Source: Prorocentrum cordatum (Eukaryota). From it: a stretch of DNA of 64,000 nt. Shown one piece after another: positions 48,505 through 59,508 of the stretch (positions within the stretch are counted from its first letter, which is position 1; every line of letters starts with the position of its first letter). Both the position numbers and the translations under genes were made by a program. The notes below the pieces were generated by a model that was given only the letters and a program-made list of their open reading frames with translations, was not told where the DNA came from and ran no database searches. Location: positions 1-64,000 of the forward strand of contig CAUYUJ010000227.1 in NCBI GenBank assembly GCA_963575745.1, read 5' to 3'.

Positions 48505-50587
48505 ATGGCGATGGTATTCCCCGCGAACCAAGCTATCGTCGTCGGCGGCGGCTTGGCAGGCGTGTCCGCAGCCAACACGGTTCTCGAGTGCGGGGGCAAG
48601 GTCGTTTTGGTAGACAAGTCCTCTTTTTGCGGCGGCAACTCGACAAAGGCGACCAGCGGCATCAATGGTGCGGAGACGAAGACGCAGAAGGCCAAGGGCA
48701 TCCAGGATTCCCGCGATCTCTTCACCAACGACACCTTGAAGGGTGGGGCCAAGCGTCCGGAGCTCGCTAAGATCCTTTGCTGGAACAGTGGCGCAGACGT
48801 GGACTGGCTTGTCGACAAGTTCGACCTGGACCTGTCTCTTGTGGCGCGCCTCGGTGGCCACTCGGCGCCGCGCACTCACCGTGGCGCGGAGCGCTTCCCC
48901 GGCATGACCATTACCTACGCCCTGATCCAGATGCTTGAGAAGGCTCTGGAGGGAAAGCTAGACAGAGACACAACAAAACTACGATTGCCGATAAAATATG
49001 GGGAACTCGCTGGGAAATTGAGGGGAAGATGAAACGTCAGAAGATATGACAAACTATGGGGAATTCGGGAAATTGCGTCTCTTTGCTCGTGTCTCCCTGG
49101 GCCCTGTAAAGGTTGCAGAGAAGACGGACCGTGCCCGCATCATCACCAAAGCCTGCGCCCACAAGCTGCTGACCAACACGTCGGGGGGCAAGCTCTCCGT
49201 AGTGGGCCTGGTCTATTCCAAGAACGGTGAGGATCTCGAAGAAGGAAAACATGAGTTTAATCCATAAGCTTTAGGAGGTCCGCCAAGATGTCTTGGCATT
49301 GTGCTGGGCCTCCCCCCCGGGCGCGCGGAGCGCGCCAGGGGCGGCTCCCGAGGCGCCGCCAGGGGGTCCAGCGCCGATCCAAGAAATCCGCGCGGAGCTC
49401 CGAACATTTGGTACGATGCCGTTACTTCTTTGTCCAGGATTTCAAGGAGTTCGGCCCCGTGATCTTGGCCAGCGGTGGCTTCGGCGCCGACTTCACCACG
49501 AACTCGCTGCTGGCGCAGTACCGCCCCGACCTGCTCCATCTGCCTACCACCAACGGCGAGCACTGCACTGGCGACGGAATCAAGATGGGCGAGGCAATCG
49601 GCGCGCGGACCATCGACCTGGAGTGGGTCCAGGTGCACCCGACGGGGCTGGTGAAGCCAGACGACCCCGATGCGAAGATCAAGTTCCTGGCTGCAGAGGC
49701 CCTGCGCGGCGTGGGCGGGCTGGTGTTCGACGCCAACGGCAAGCGCTTCGCGAACGAGCTGGGCCGCCGGGACTACGTGACCGGCGAGATGTGGAAGAAC
49801 AAGCCGCCCTTCCGCCTCTGCCTGAACAAGGCGGCCTCCGACGAGATCAGCTGGCACTCGGGGGCGAAACGCATATCCGTACCCGCGGCCTCGCGGGCTG
49901 GGATACGGGGCGCTTTTTCGCGGATGCCCGCGCAGAACTTATGCGTACGACCGCGTGTCCGCGGGATCGCGCCCCAGAATCCAGACCGCGAGGGCGCGGA
50001 TGCGGACATGTTCGCCGCTCGTGAGGCACTGCAAGCATTACACTGGCCGCGGCGTCATGAAGTTCTACGAGAATGGCGAGGCCCTCGCCAAGGACATGGG
50101 GATCCCGGTGTCTGTGCTCGAGGAGACCACTGAGCTGCACTACCAGGCGGCGAAAAAGACGGAGAAGGACCCGGATGGCGGCTCCTGGCCTGCCTACCCG
50201 TCCGGCAAGTCTTGGGACGAGCCCAGCGGCAAGACGGGCTCCGGCAAGAAGTTCTACCACAACATCATCCCGGGCTCCGCCGTGAAGACCCAGCCGTTCT
50301 ACGTCGCCATCATCACCCCCGTCATCCACTACTGCATGGGCGGCCTGGAGGTGGACGTCGACTCCGCGGTGCTGGACACGAAGAGCGGCAAGGCGATCCC
50401 AGGCCTGTACGCCGCGGGCGAGGTGGCTGGCGGCATCCATGGCAACAACCGCCTGGGCGGGAACTCCCTGTTGGACTGCGTCGTCTTCGGCCGCGTCGCT
50501 GCCAAGGCCGCGTGCAAGTACACGTTCGGTGCGGACGGCAAGTACCAGCTGTGCCCCGTCCCGAAGCAGATCAAGGATCTCGCGTAG
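48505..50587 (+). CDS. osm1: Soluble FAD-dependent fumarate reductase (Osm1/Frd1, flavocytochrome c flavin-domain family), copy 1; exons 48505-48942, 49112-49231, 49438-49853, 50026-50587 (511 aa)
   Basis: Spliced translation is open and has the family motifs GGGLAG (FAD), GGNSTKATSGING, RLGGHSAPRTH, ASGGF, QVHPT, AAEALRG, RFANELGRRD, HYCMGG and GEVAGGIHGNNRLGGNSL. Codons are strongly GC3-biased. Exon joins restore frame (LEK|VAEK, NGE|DFKE, SW|HCK). An alternative ATG is at 48511. Confidence 0.93.
48943..49111 (+). other. Intron 1 of copy 1, GC-AG (169 nt)
   Basis: AAG|gctctg...gtaaag|GTT; removal restores frame; AAGG occurs at both junctions. Confidence 0.85.
49232..49437 (+). other. Intron 2 of copy 1, GA-AG (206 nt), MITE-derived
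   Basis: GAG|gatctc...gtccag|GAT; AGGAT occurs at both junctions; the body is the inverted-repeat element also found outside the gene. Confidence 0.85.
49854..50025 (+). other. Intron 3 of copy 1, GC-AG (172 nt), long fold-back
   Basis: TG|gcactc...cgtgag|GCAC; GGCACT occurs at both junctions; ~65-70 nt imperfect inverted arms. Confidence 0.85.
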
Positions 50588-50673
50588 AGTGCTCGTGGCC
50601 GCGCGTGCCGCCCCAGTCATTGCCTCCTCGTTCCCTGATGTGTTCCCTCTGCCATCGTGGGAGAAAGAAGGAG

Positions 50674-50843
50674 CCGGCGTAAACATACACTTTCGGAGCT
50701 GCGCTCGGATCTCTTAGATATGCGCTGGGCCCCCTCGGCGACGCCTCTGGCGCCGCCCCTGGCGCGCTCCGCGCGCCAGGCAGTGGCGTCCAGCGCCGAC
50801 CCGAGAAACCCGCGCGGAGCTCCGACGGTTTATGGTTATGCGG
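50674..50843 (-). mobile_element. Free copy of the intron-2 MITE family
   Basis: Arms CATAAACTTTCGGAGCTCCGCGCGG-like; core GGCGCGCGGAGCGCGCC in reverse orientation; counterpart at 62129-62299. Confidence 0.75.
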
Positions 50844-51125
50844 TTGCTTCTCCCTCGGATCATATCCTCTTGTCCCTTCTTCTCTCTTCCCTCCTCCTCG
50901 TCCCCTTCCTCCACTGTGGCAGCCCTCTATGCACCAGTCGTGTCGGAGGGCATCGCTTCCGCGGTGAGTGAAGGCTCACTTGCTTCCACGATCGGACGTC
51001 CTCCGAGAGGAAAACAATCGGTCCCGCCGGCTACCTCGCGTTCCGGGCGTAGGCCTTCCAGTTCATTCAGCAGGCTTGCGCCATTCCCCCGGGCACCCGA
51101 GAGGTGGATGGGCGAGTTCGAAGTA

Positions 51126-51300
51126 TAAACATAAACTGTCGGAGTTCCGCGCGGATGTCTTGGAATTGTGCTGGGCCCCCCTCCCTGGCGCGCGGAGCGC
51201 GCCAGGTGCGGCTCTGGAGGCGCCGCCAGGGCGGCCCAGCGCCGATCCAAGAACTCCGCGGGGAGCTGCGAAAGTTTGTGTTCATGCCGCTTTTCCTGTC
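51126..51300 (+). mobile_element. Free copy of the intron-2 MITE family
   Basis: Same arms and core as intron 2; counterpart at ~62890-63080. Confidence 0.75.
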
Positions 51301-51799
51301 TCTACGACTGCAGCTCCCTCCGCTTTCGCTTTCCCTGCGGCCCGACCAGAAGCAATGCCCAGCATCTGGAGCATTGCCATTGGCACGGGGATGCCGACGG
51401 CAGTTCCTGCCCCTCTTCAGGCGGGCTCGCAGGCGGAATCTCGTTTGGGACGAAGGGCAGTGCTGTCGTGGTGTGAGGGGTTGGTGGTTGCTTCAATGCA
51501 CAAGTCAGCGCTACAGGATTATCTTATTCATTGTTTTGTCGATCGGCCCGGGCCCTCGCACCTCCCCTCCCCCTCGATGACATAGATCTTGGCTGTTTTT
51601 GGCACCTGTTTCAGACCGGTGGAGTCTCAGGCCCCCCCCATACGGCAATAGGACGGGCTTCTCGGGCCATCCTGCGGCACTCTGGGAGTTCGTCGTCCTC
51701 ATAGCACGTCCAGGACCTCCAGGACAGCCCAGCCAGAAGCCGAAAAGGTGTGCGAGGGCGCCCAGGAGTCCTGCGAGTTGGGGGTCTGGGCCCCTAAAG

Positions 51800-54608
51800 A
51801 TATGTACCAGAATGTAAGTGTTGAGGACTCGAAGGGACTAGATGATGCTCGAGTAAGTGCCTACAGCACGGTGGCAGATCTGATAGCTTCCTTGGTTGTT
51901 TCATGGGCAGACTCGCTTGTACTGGCTTTTAGCAATCGCCGTATTTTGTTCGATGACGTTGGTGATGGAGGCTGTTTTCCTACCGTTTTCAGCGTTGGCT
52001 TCTAAGAGCTTCGCGCACCTTTCTTGTTCCAAGTCTTTTGTCATTTGAGGTGGTTTGAGTGCTTTTGTATTGAGCGTCTTCTTAGGTTCGCTTTGTGTGG
52101 GGCTTCATAACGACCCAAGATGGCCCGAACAGGCACCAGAGAGGCCGAGAGGGCCAATCATGTCTCAGCATGTCGCTATGATTGTGCGTTGCGCAGCATT
52201 GGTCGTCCTTCTCCGCGGCCGTTTTCAAACCTCAAGGATATTCTTGCTGCGCCATCAGGGGCGCACGGACCGCCCCCCGCGGAAGTGGATGCTCATGGTC
52301 TGGCTCACTTCCACTGCCCCGCTGCAGGTGGCGACGATCAGCATGGTGACTGCCTTCTCCGCCTGGGTGGTCCGCGGCCTTTTCTCGGACGCAGGGGAGT
52401 CTGCGCGGGCCGCGGGCAAGGCGGAGGTCAGGTACCCAGAGATCCCCGACCCGGTGTGCCAATGTCATTGCGAGTGCGAAGCAATGCGGGGGTCACCAAA
52501 CTTGGCAGCTCATGTTTGGCCCAGTGATCTGCCTCGGCTGCTCGGGCGTGCAGGTGGGCGTCGCGTGCGTACAGGATGGAGCAGGTCGGGCTGCCGTTGC
52601 CGATGGGGTCGGAGCGATGCCGATTTTCCGGCGAGCGTTTGTGCAGTGAGCGGGCGCGAGCGGGGAGTTGTTGCACGAGCGGGTGTTTCTGAATGATGTG
52701 TCCGTAAGGTTTGTCACGATAGCGAGCCCAGATTGCGATGTACGACGAGGGCATGGGATATCAGGGGACTTTCGAGCTGGTACGGAGCGTTGGCGACAAC
52801 GGGGTGTTTTGGGCCCAGATTCGGGGGCGCTCAAGTTTACAGATTTTAAGGGCAACCGACAGATGCAGAGGTCGATAACTTGCTGGCGGAGGCGATCGGT
52901 GTCGTGGCGCTCAGGGGGCCAGCACGGCATCGGTGAGCTCATGACGATGCTTGCCGGTGCAGTGCAGGCGACTTGGCACGGGCTTACGCGTCTCCCTGAC
53001 ATCCAGGTCCCGAGGCCTGCTCTCGTCGGGCAGCTGAACAACTGCCAGGCGGAGATCGACACCTTCTGAGAGGAGTGGACCAAGTGGTGCCAGGCAGCGA
53101 CGGCGTCGAGCGCGAATGACCAGGTCTTGGGCGACGACATTGGCCGAGGACAGCTGAGTGGCATCGCCGGGGGGCCATCGAGATGTCGGAGGGGCCGCGG
53201 GCCCAACATCTGAAGTGGTTGGCGGATGAGAAGATCCCGGATGGAGACCGCTCGGCGTATGAGGACGCCAACCTGGCGCTGGTGCATGAGTTCGCGGTTA
53301 TCGCGCCGAGCTGCGAGGACGGGGCGCGCTTCATGGGCGACTGGGTGCGCGCCGGGGGCGCGTTGGGGGCCCCAGTGCTCTCGGCCAACGTGTCGGATCG
53401 GGTGTGGGAAGAGGCGGCCATCTCAAAGGAGCAGCGCAAGGCTCGCCCGTGCCTCGGTAATTTCCTTGAGGGCCAGGTGCAGCAGACGGGTGTCGAGCTG
53501 GGGATGACTTCCCCAGCTTGGCCGTTGATTCGAATTTTAGGAGGAGTTATGCCAGTGTCCGAAGACGCTGGTACTGCTCAGGAGCCCGAGAATGTCCCTG
53601 GCAGGTATCGTCACGTCATTCCTCTTCCCCGACTTGCAGCGGGGCGGAGAGGTATCCTTGCGGGGATGTGCCGTTCGACGGCGCGGCGCCTGGCGGGGGG
53701 GTGGGCCGCGGCTGCCGCGGTTAATTTTCTGTCGACGGGTGAGTTTCATGCGCTCTGGCGCTTGGCCTGCGCCTGCCCCTCCGGGCGCTTCTGACCTTCT
53801 AAGCCCGCCGCAGTGCCAGCGCGCTGCCTTCGCTCGTCGTGTCTGCCGTGTCCGCGAGCTGGGCCTCAAGCCTCCTGGTGTCACTCGTTCGGGCGCCCTT
53901 CATGAGCTGTGGGTTTTGAGCATGATTATGCAGGGGGCCTACATGCCACAGGGCCCCTGGGCCCCCGTGGTTCAGCACTACCTTGCGTTTTCTGGCGTGG
54001 GTCGTTCGCAAGTTGATTTGGGGTCAGTCTTGGTGGGCTTGCCCCGAGAGTGCTGTCATATTCATGAAGAGAAGATGCTCGCGGGGGCCAGCTGTCTGAC
54101 AAAGAGCCCCGAGTGCGTCCTACACGGGCCGGCTTTTGTGGGCGCCTTTTGGTTTTGCATATTGTGCCGCCGGGGTGGTTCGGCGCCCTGATTCTCGAAT
54201 CGGGGCGTTCGTGGTTTTGGAGAAGTCCGGAATGCGACGTCCCGTCTTCGACTGCGGTCAGTGTTATCTTAGGATTGCCCCTCTTCCTCATGCCGAACAT
54301 GGGCGCTGAAGTCCTCTTTGAGTAACCTGGGGGTCCAGGAAGGGCAGGCCCTGTAGTGGGTCCCAGGCGAGATTTATTCGTGCTAGCATTATGATGACTT
54401 TGCTTCGGAGTCTGTCGTGTTCGCGGGGAGTCTGGAGTTCGGCGTGTCGGGGGACGTCTTGAACATGTCAACATTTGATGAGGGAGCTTCGATGTGCTTG
54501 GTTGCCCCGCCCGCGGATGTACCTGGTCGTTCTGGGCGGCATATTGTGACAGCTGAATGCCGGTGTTGTTTCGCGCGAGGAACCTGGTGGCCTGCGCGAT
54601 GAGCGGCA

Positions 54609-54660
<52 letters not shown>

Positions 54661-56340
54661 CACGGCGGCTTCGCTATCCACGATGTCTCCGGGCCCTGCC
54701 TCGACGTCCACGCGCCGGGCTCGGTTCCCCGGTCTCGGGCGCCGTCGGCCCCGGTCCCGGCGGGCTTTGGAGCCTGGTCGTGGCGCTCGATTGGGCGAGC
54801 GCGGGGCCCTGTGTAGTGGCGCCGACCGTCGAGAGGCTTGACCGCGGCGCGCTGCCGTGCGCCGCCGCTCTCGCGGCGCCGGGGTGACCTCGTGGCGCAG
54901 AGCGACAAGCTTGAACTCCTCCCGCCGAGTCTCTGCGAATCGCGTCGGATCTGCCTCTCGCCGTTGCCGATCTCCGTCAAGAAGTGGAATCCCACTGCCG
55001 CCTGCAGGTGCCTCGCCTACCGGCCACGGCGTCTACTGGCGCTACCTCGAGGTTGACGACGCACGAAAGATTGGGGGGGGTGGATGGAGAGGTGGCGGTG
55101 CAAGCGCCTTGTGCTTAGTCAGTGGGTCCCAAGGTCTTGCTCGTCAGGCTTAGATCTCCAAGAAGGCCTCGCTACTGCCTTGGCGTGTCTGGGCTCCTGG
55201 GGCTGCTCGAGAGGGCCTTTGGGATGATTCTGGAGATTGGGGTTCCTTCAAGTATGGCGTGGACCCCGACTTCCCCGAAGTGTTGTTGAGCCGCATGGCG
55301 CAAGGGTCTTGCGATGCGCTTTTGTGCGTTACCTGGATTTTCCTCGGCGACAGTATGGCGCGTAAGGAAGGCAGGGCTGCTGTGCCAGCGCAGAGGCGGT
55401 TGTATCGGACTCAGCGTAGCTTTGGAGAGCGTCGCCTGCTGCTCGTTGACGACGTAATGTTATGCTTTTGCCTGTCGAGAAGGCGTGCCCGTTCGTGCGG
55501 TTTGCTCAGCTTTTGCCCGCGGGCGGGCGTGGTTCTGCTTGCGCCAGCATTCGCCTTGGGCCGCGCTGGGTCCCGAGCGAGTTCTACGTGGCAGACGAGC
55601 CTTCCAGGTGCGAGAGGCAGGCGCACCCTGGCGATGGGCCCTGCGGCCAGCCAGTGGGGCAAGGAGGTGGGTCAGCTCGCGGCGCAGAGCCGGACGTTCG
55701 GGGTCGGCTGGGGCCACGGCGTCGGCGCCGCTCGGCTCCTGGAGGCTCCGGGCTCGAGCGCTGGCGACATGGTTGTCAACCGCCAGGCAAAGCCCAAGGA
55801 GAAGATGTGCTTGACGTGGCTGGCGGAGGCGCCGAAGGACAGCCGCCCTTTGCCGCCGCTGGGCAGCCATGCGGCGCTCGACCTGGCGTCGAACAAGAGG
55901 ATGGCCGAGGAGGCGCTGGACCCGATCGGGAAGCGGCTCGACTGGTTGGGAACGAAATCTCGCCTCGAGGAGCTGGGCATCTCGGTTCGGATGAACCGCA
56001 ATCGCGACTTCCACCTGAGAGAGGTCAAGGACTTCTGCACTGATAACGGTTTACTCACAGACAGTTCGGCGCAGACGGACCTGCTGGTCGTGAGCTACTT
56101 TGACCAGAAGTTCAGAAGTTCTTGGACGGGTACGGTCCCTCTCTCGCTTCGGTGTCGGGGAAGACCATCGCGGCCGTGCAGTTTGCAGAGCCTCGGACGA
56201 AGAACGCGCAGGTGTGGCGCCTAGTCAGGGCCCAAAGTTTTTGAAAGGATCGAGGAAACTCGCTTTGGCCAGGCAACGGATAGCAGGTGGCGGGGGGCAG
56301 ACGGCGCGGGGGCGGCAGCAACGCAAACGGAAACCATCAG
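51800..56340 (+). mobile_element. Degenerate DIRS-like (tyrosine-recombinase) retrotransposon
   Basis: Fragmented peptides in the expected order: LHERVFL...SPDCD; EEAAISKEQRKAR; RHVIPLP; RT-like RGCTWSFWA (~54510); RNase H-like DFPEV, RRLLLVDD...LSRRRAR and RWVPSEFYVADEPSR (55561-55608); recombinase N-terminal-like LEELGIS...F...D..VVSYFD and LKGSRKL. Many frameshifts; boundaries approximate. Confidence 0.65.
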
Positions 56341-57089
56341 CGTAATCACGGGGTGTCAGGATGGAGGGCACCCCCAGGCGCCTTCCATCCTGCTTTCTCG
56401 TGCTCCTCCTGCTTCCTCCTCTTCCTCCTCGTCCTTCTCCTTCTCCTCCTCCTCCTCGTCCTCCTCCTCCTCCTCCTCCTCCTCCTCCTACTAATCCTTT
56501 TCCTCACCCGCCCTTCCTCCCTCCCTCCCTCCCAATGTCCATTTCCAGTCTCATCCCCATCTCCAGCCCCAATGCCGGGGTATCTTTGGACGGGGGAAGC
56601 AGAGAGCATGTAAAGGATGCCCATACGTAATCGAGGGATGCAGCGGCGCTTTTCTTCAAGGTCTGACCGCAGTCAGAATCCTCGACAACCGCTGGAGACC
56701 TCCACATTTCGGGGGCCGCTGGAGGCTCTCAGTATGCTTGCGTACAGGTTCGCAAACGGAGACTGGAGGAGGGAGTCGGAAGAGTCCAGAGGAGTGGGCG
56801 AGGGGAGGATGAGGGAATGTGGGAGACAGGGTGAGGGGACAAGGAGGGAGGTGGAAAGAGGGGGGGCACGCCTACGTAGGGGAAATGGGGGGGGGGTAGA
56901 GGCAGGAGGATTGCAAGGTGTAGATGTGAGGCTTGGACACGAGGGGGAGGAGGTTGGGTTGGACTACGCCATGTTGGGTAGCATCGCGCGACTGGGATTG
57001 TCCTTGGGTTCCTCGCATCTTTTGTTATCCAGCTGCCTGCGGGAGGTCCCGCCGCCATGCTAGCCTAGCACTTTGGATTGCGACTGTTT

Positions 57090-57522
57090 GCATGATGATG
57101 CTGATGCTGATGCTGATGCTGATTCTGCTGCTGATGATGAGGATGATGGTGATGCTGAGGCTGATGATGATGACGATGATGATGACGACGACGACAACGA
57201 GGATGATGCTGATGCTGCTGATGATGATGATGCTGATGGCGATGGTGCTGATCGTGATGATGGTGATGTTGATGATGCTGCTGCTGATGATGCTGATTTT
57301 CATGATGCTGATGGTGATGCTGATGATGCTGATGTTACTGACGATGCTGCTAACGATGACAATGATGATGCTGATGGTGGTGATGAACGTGATCATGATG
57401 ATGATGGCAATGACGTTGACGACGACGACGACAACGACGATGACGATGATGCTGATGCTGCTGATGATGATGATGAAGGTTATGCAGATGATGATGCGGA
57501 TTCAGCTGATGATGATGACGGC

Positions 57523-57559
<37 letters not shown>

Positions 57560-57752
57560 ATGATGATGATGATGATGTTGATGATGATGAACGTATTGAT
57601 GATGTTGCTGACGATGCTGATGATGGTGATTATGATGCTGATGCTGATGCTGCTGATGGTGATGCTGATGATGATGATGATTGTGATGCTGATGGTATGA
57701 TGGTGATGGTGATGCTGTTGCTGCTGATGATGATGATGGCGATTATTTTGCA

Positions 57753-57783
<31 letters not shown>

Positions 57784-57983
57784 CTGATGATGATGGTGCT
57801 GATGATGATGATGCTGATGACGATGACGATGACGATGATGCTGATGATGGTGGTGACGATGATGGTGCTGATGCTGATGCTGATGCTGATGCTGATGATA
57901 CTGATGCTGCTGCTGCTGAGGATGATGATGATTCTGATGATTACTATGATGATGCTGATGATGATGATGATGGTGGTGGTGGT

Positions 57984-58048
<65 letters not shown>

Positions 58049-58147
58049 TGATGATGATGATGATGATGACGATGATGATGATTATGATGATGGTTCTGAT
58101 GATGCTGATGATGACGACGATGATGATGATGATGATGATGATGATGC

Positions 58148-58197
<50 letters not shown>
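57090..58197 (+). repeat. (GAT/GCT/GAC)n degenerate trinucleotide tract
   Basis: Direct reading. Confidence 0.95.
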
Positions 58198-59508
58198 CAA
58201 GCCTGTCGCCCAGTGCCGTGTTCGGGGCAGGCCAGGTGGTGTTTCTTCGGTAAGTAGCCGAGTCGGGAATGATCAGCGGAATAATTTCTGATGATGTCTC
58301 GGGTGAAACGAACCCCTGTTTCATATAATTTGCAGAGGACGTCTAGCGAAACGCTTGCTTTCGTTTGTTGAGGATGTCTCGTGCGAGTCGCTGTTCTTCA
58401 GACTTTGTTCAGGATGTCTCATGCGAAGCGCTCGTTTTGTAGTGTTAAGAAGCCTGGACGCCACAGGACGCTCCAGGAGGCTTTGGGGCGCGGGGGCGCA
58501 CCCATCGGATCCTTGGAGCTGTCGCATTTGGAGGGGCCCCACGCGCGGGGGGAGGAGGAGGAGGAGGAGGAGGAGGAGGAGGAGGAGGAGGAGGAGGAGG
58601 AGGAGGAGGAGGAGGCGGAGGCCTGAACTTCTCGGATCCTCTTGGCGAGCTACGCGTTCAGCCAGCTCGTTCGCAGTACCCCCTGGGGCCGCGGCGGGGC
58701 GACCGCAGGAGGTGCTGGCGGGACATCCGTGGGACAACCGCGGGACAAGCACGGGGTAGCAGAAGAACAGCCACAGGACAAGCACAGGACAACTGCGGGC
58801 CAACCACAGGGCTGCTTCGGGGCGACCCCGGGGCACCGTCGAGGACCCCAAACATGGAAGCATGTTTGCCGACGCAGCCTCGAGCTGGAGCTGGTCGTCG
58901 CTTTTCGCCCACTCGCGCAGCTTCGCCTCTCCCGCACGCGCGGCACGAGACGGGCGAGCCGAAGCCGATTTCCGAATGTGGTCATTCCGTTCGCACTCCG
59001 AAGCGCTAAGTCGAAGAGGTAGCAATTCAATGCAATGGTGCACAAATCGATTCAAAGTAACGCAAGACAAAACAACACTATGCACAGCATCGATCTAGGG
59101 GCTTTCCGCAAGAAACAGGGGCCTGTCGCCGATCTATCGGCAATGTATCGCCGATTCAAGGTCGATGTTTCCCCTCCGAACCAGTCCCCCCCCCCACATC
59201 GTTCCCCCGCAGCACCGGTGCGCCTTCTCCTCTTCTCCCCCTTCCCTCGTGGCCTGCGCCCCTCTTCCGCTTCCCTGTCCGTCCTCGCTGCGCGTCAGCC
59301 CCTGGATCCGTCGAGACAAGAGTGAAGAGCGCCGCCCGATCACGCGCCGCGACGAGGAGAACGAGGACGGGGGGAAGGAGTAAGCAGGAGGAGGACGTGG
59401 CGATCAGCCATCCGTTGCCAGCTCTGCTACAGTGGATTTTTTCGCTGGCTGTAGCCCTCCTGTGGCAGAGTTTTGCGTCTCGCTGCCACCCAGATCTTGG
59501 TCGGAGCC

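Noticed and set aside
48424..50587. Fumarate reductase as a frameshifted or split pseudogene
   Set aside because: The breaks are explained by three non-canonical introns conserved in both copies; the spliced frame is intact.
49213..50686. Long antisense ORFs over the fumarate reductase exons (also 60862-62141)
   Set aside because: Shadow frames caused by GC3-biased codons on the + strand.
56933..58257. Poly-Asp, poly-Met and poly-His ORFs
   Set aside because: Translations of a degenerate GAT trinucleotide tract.
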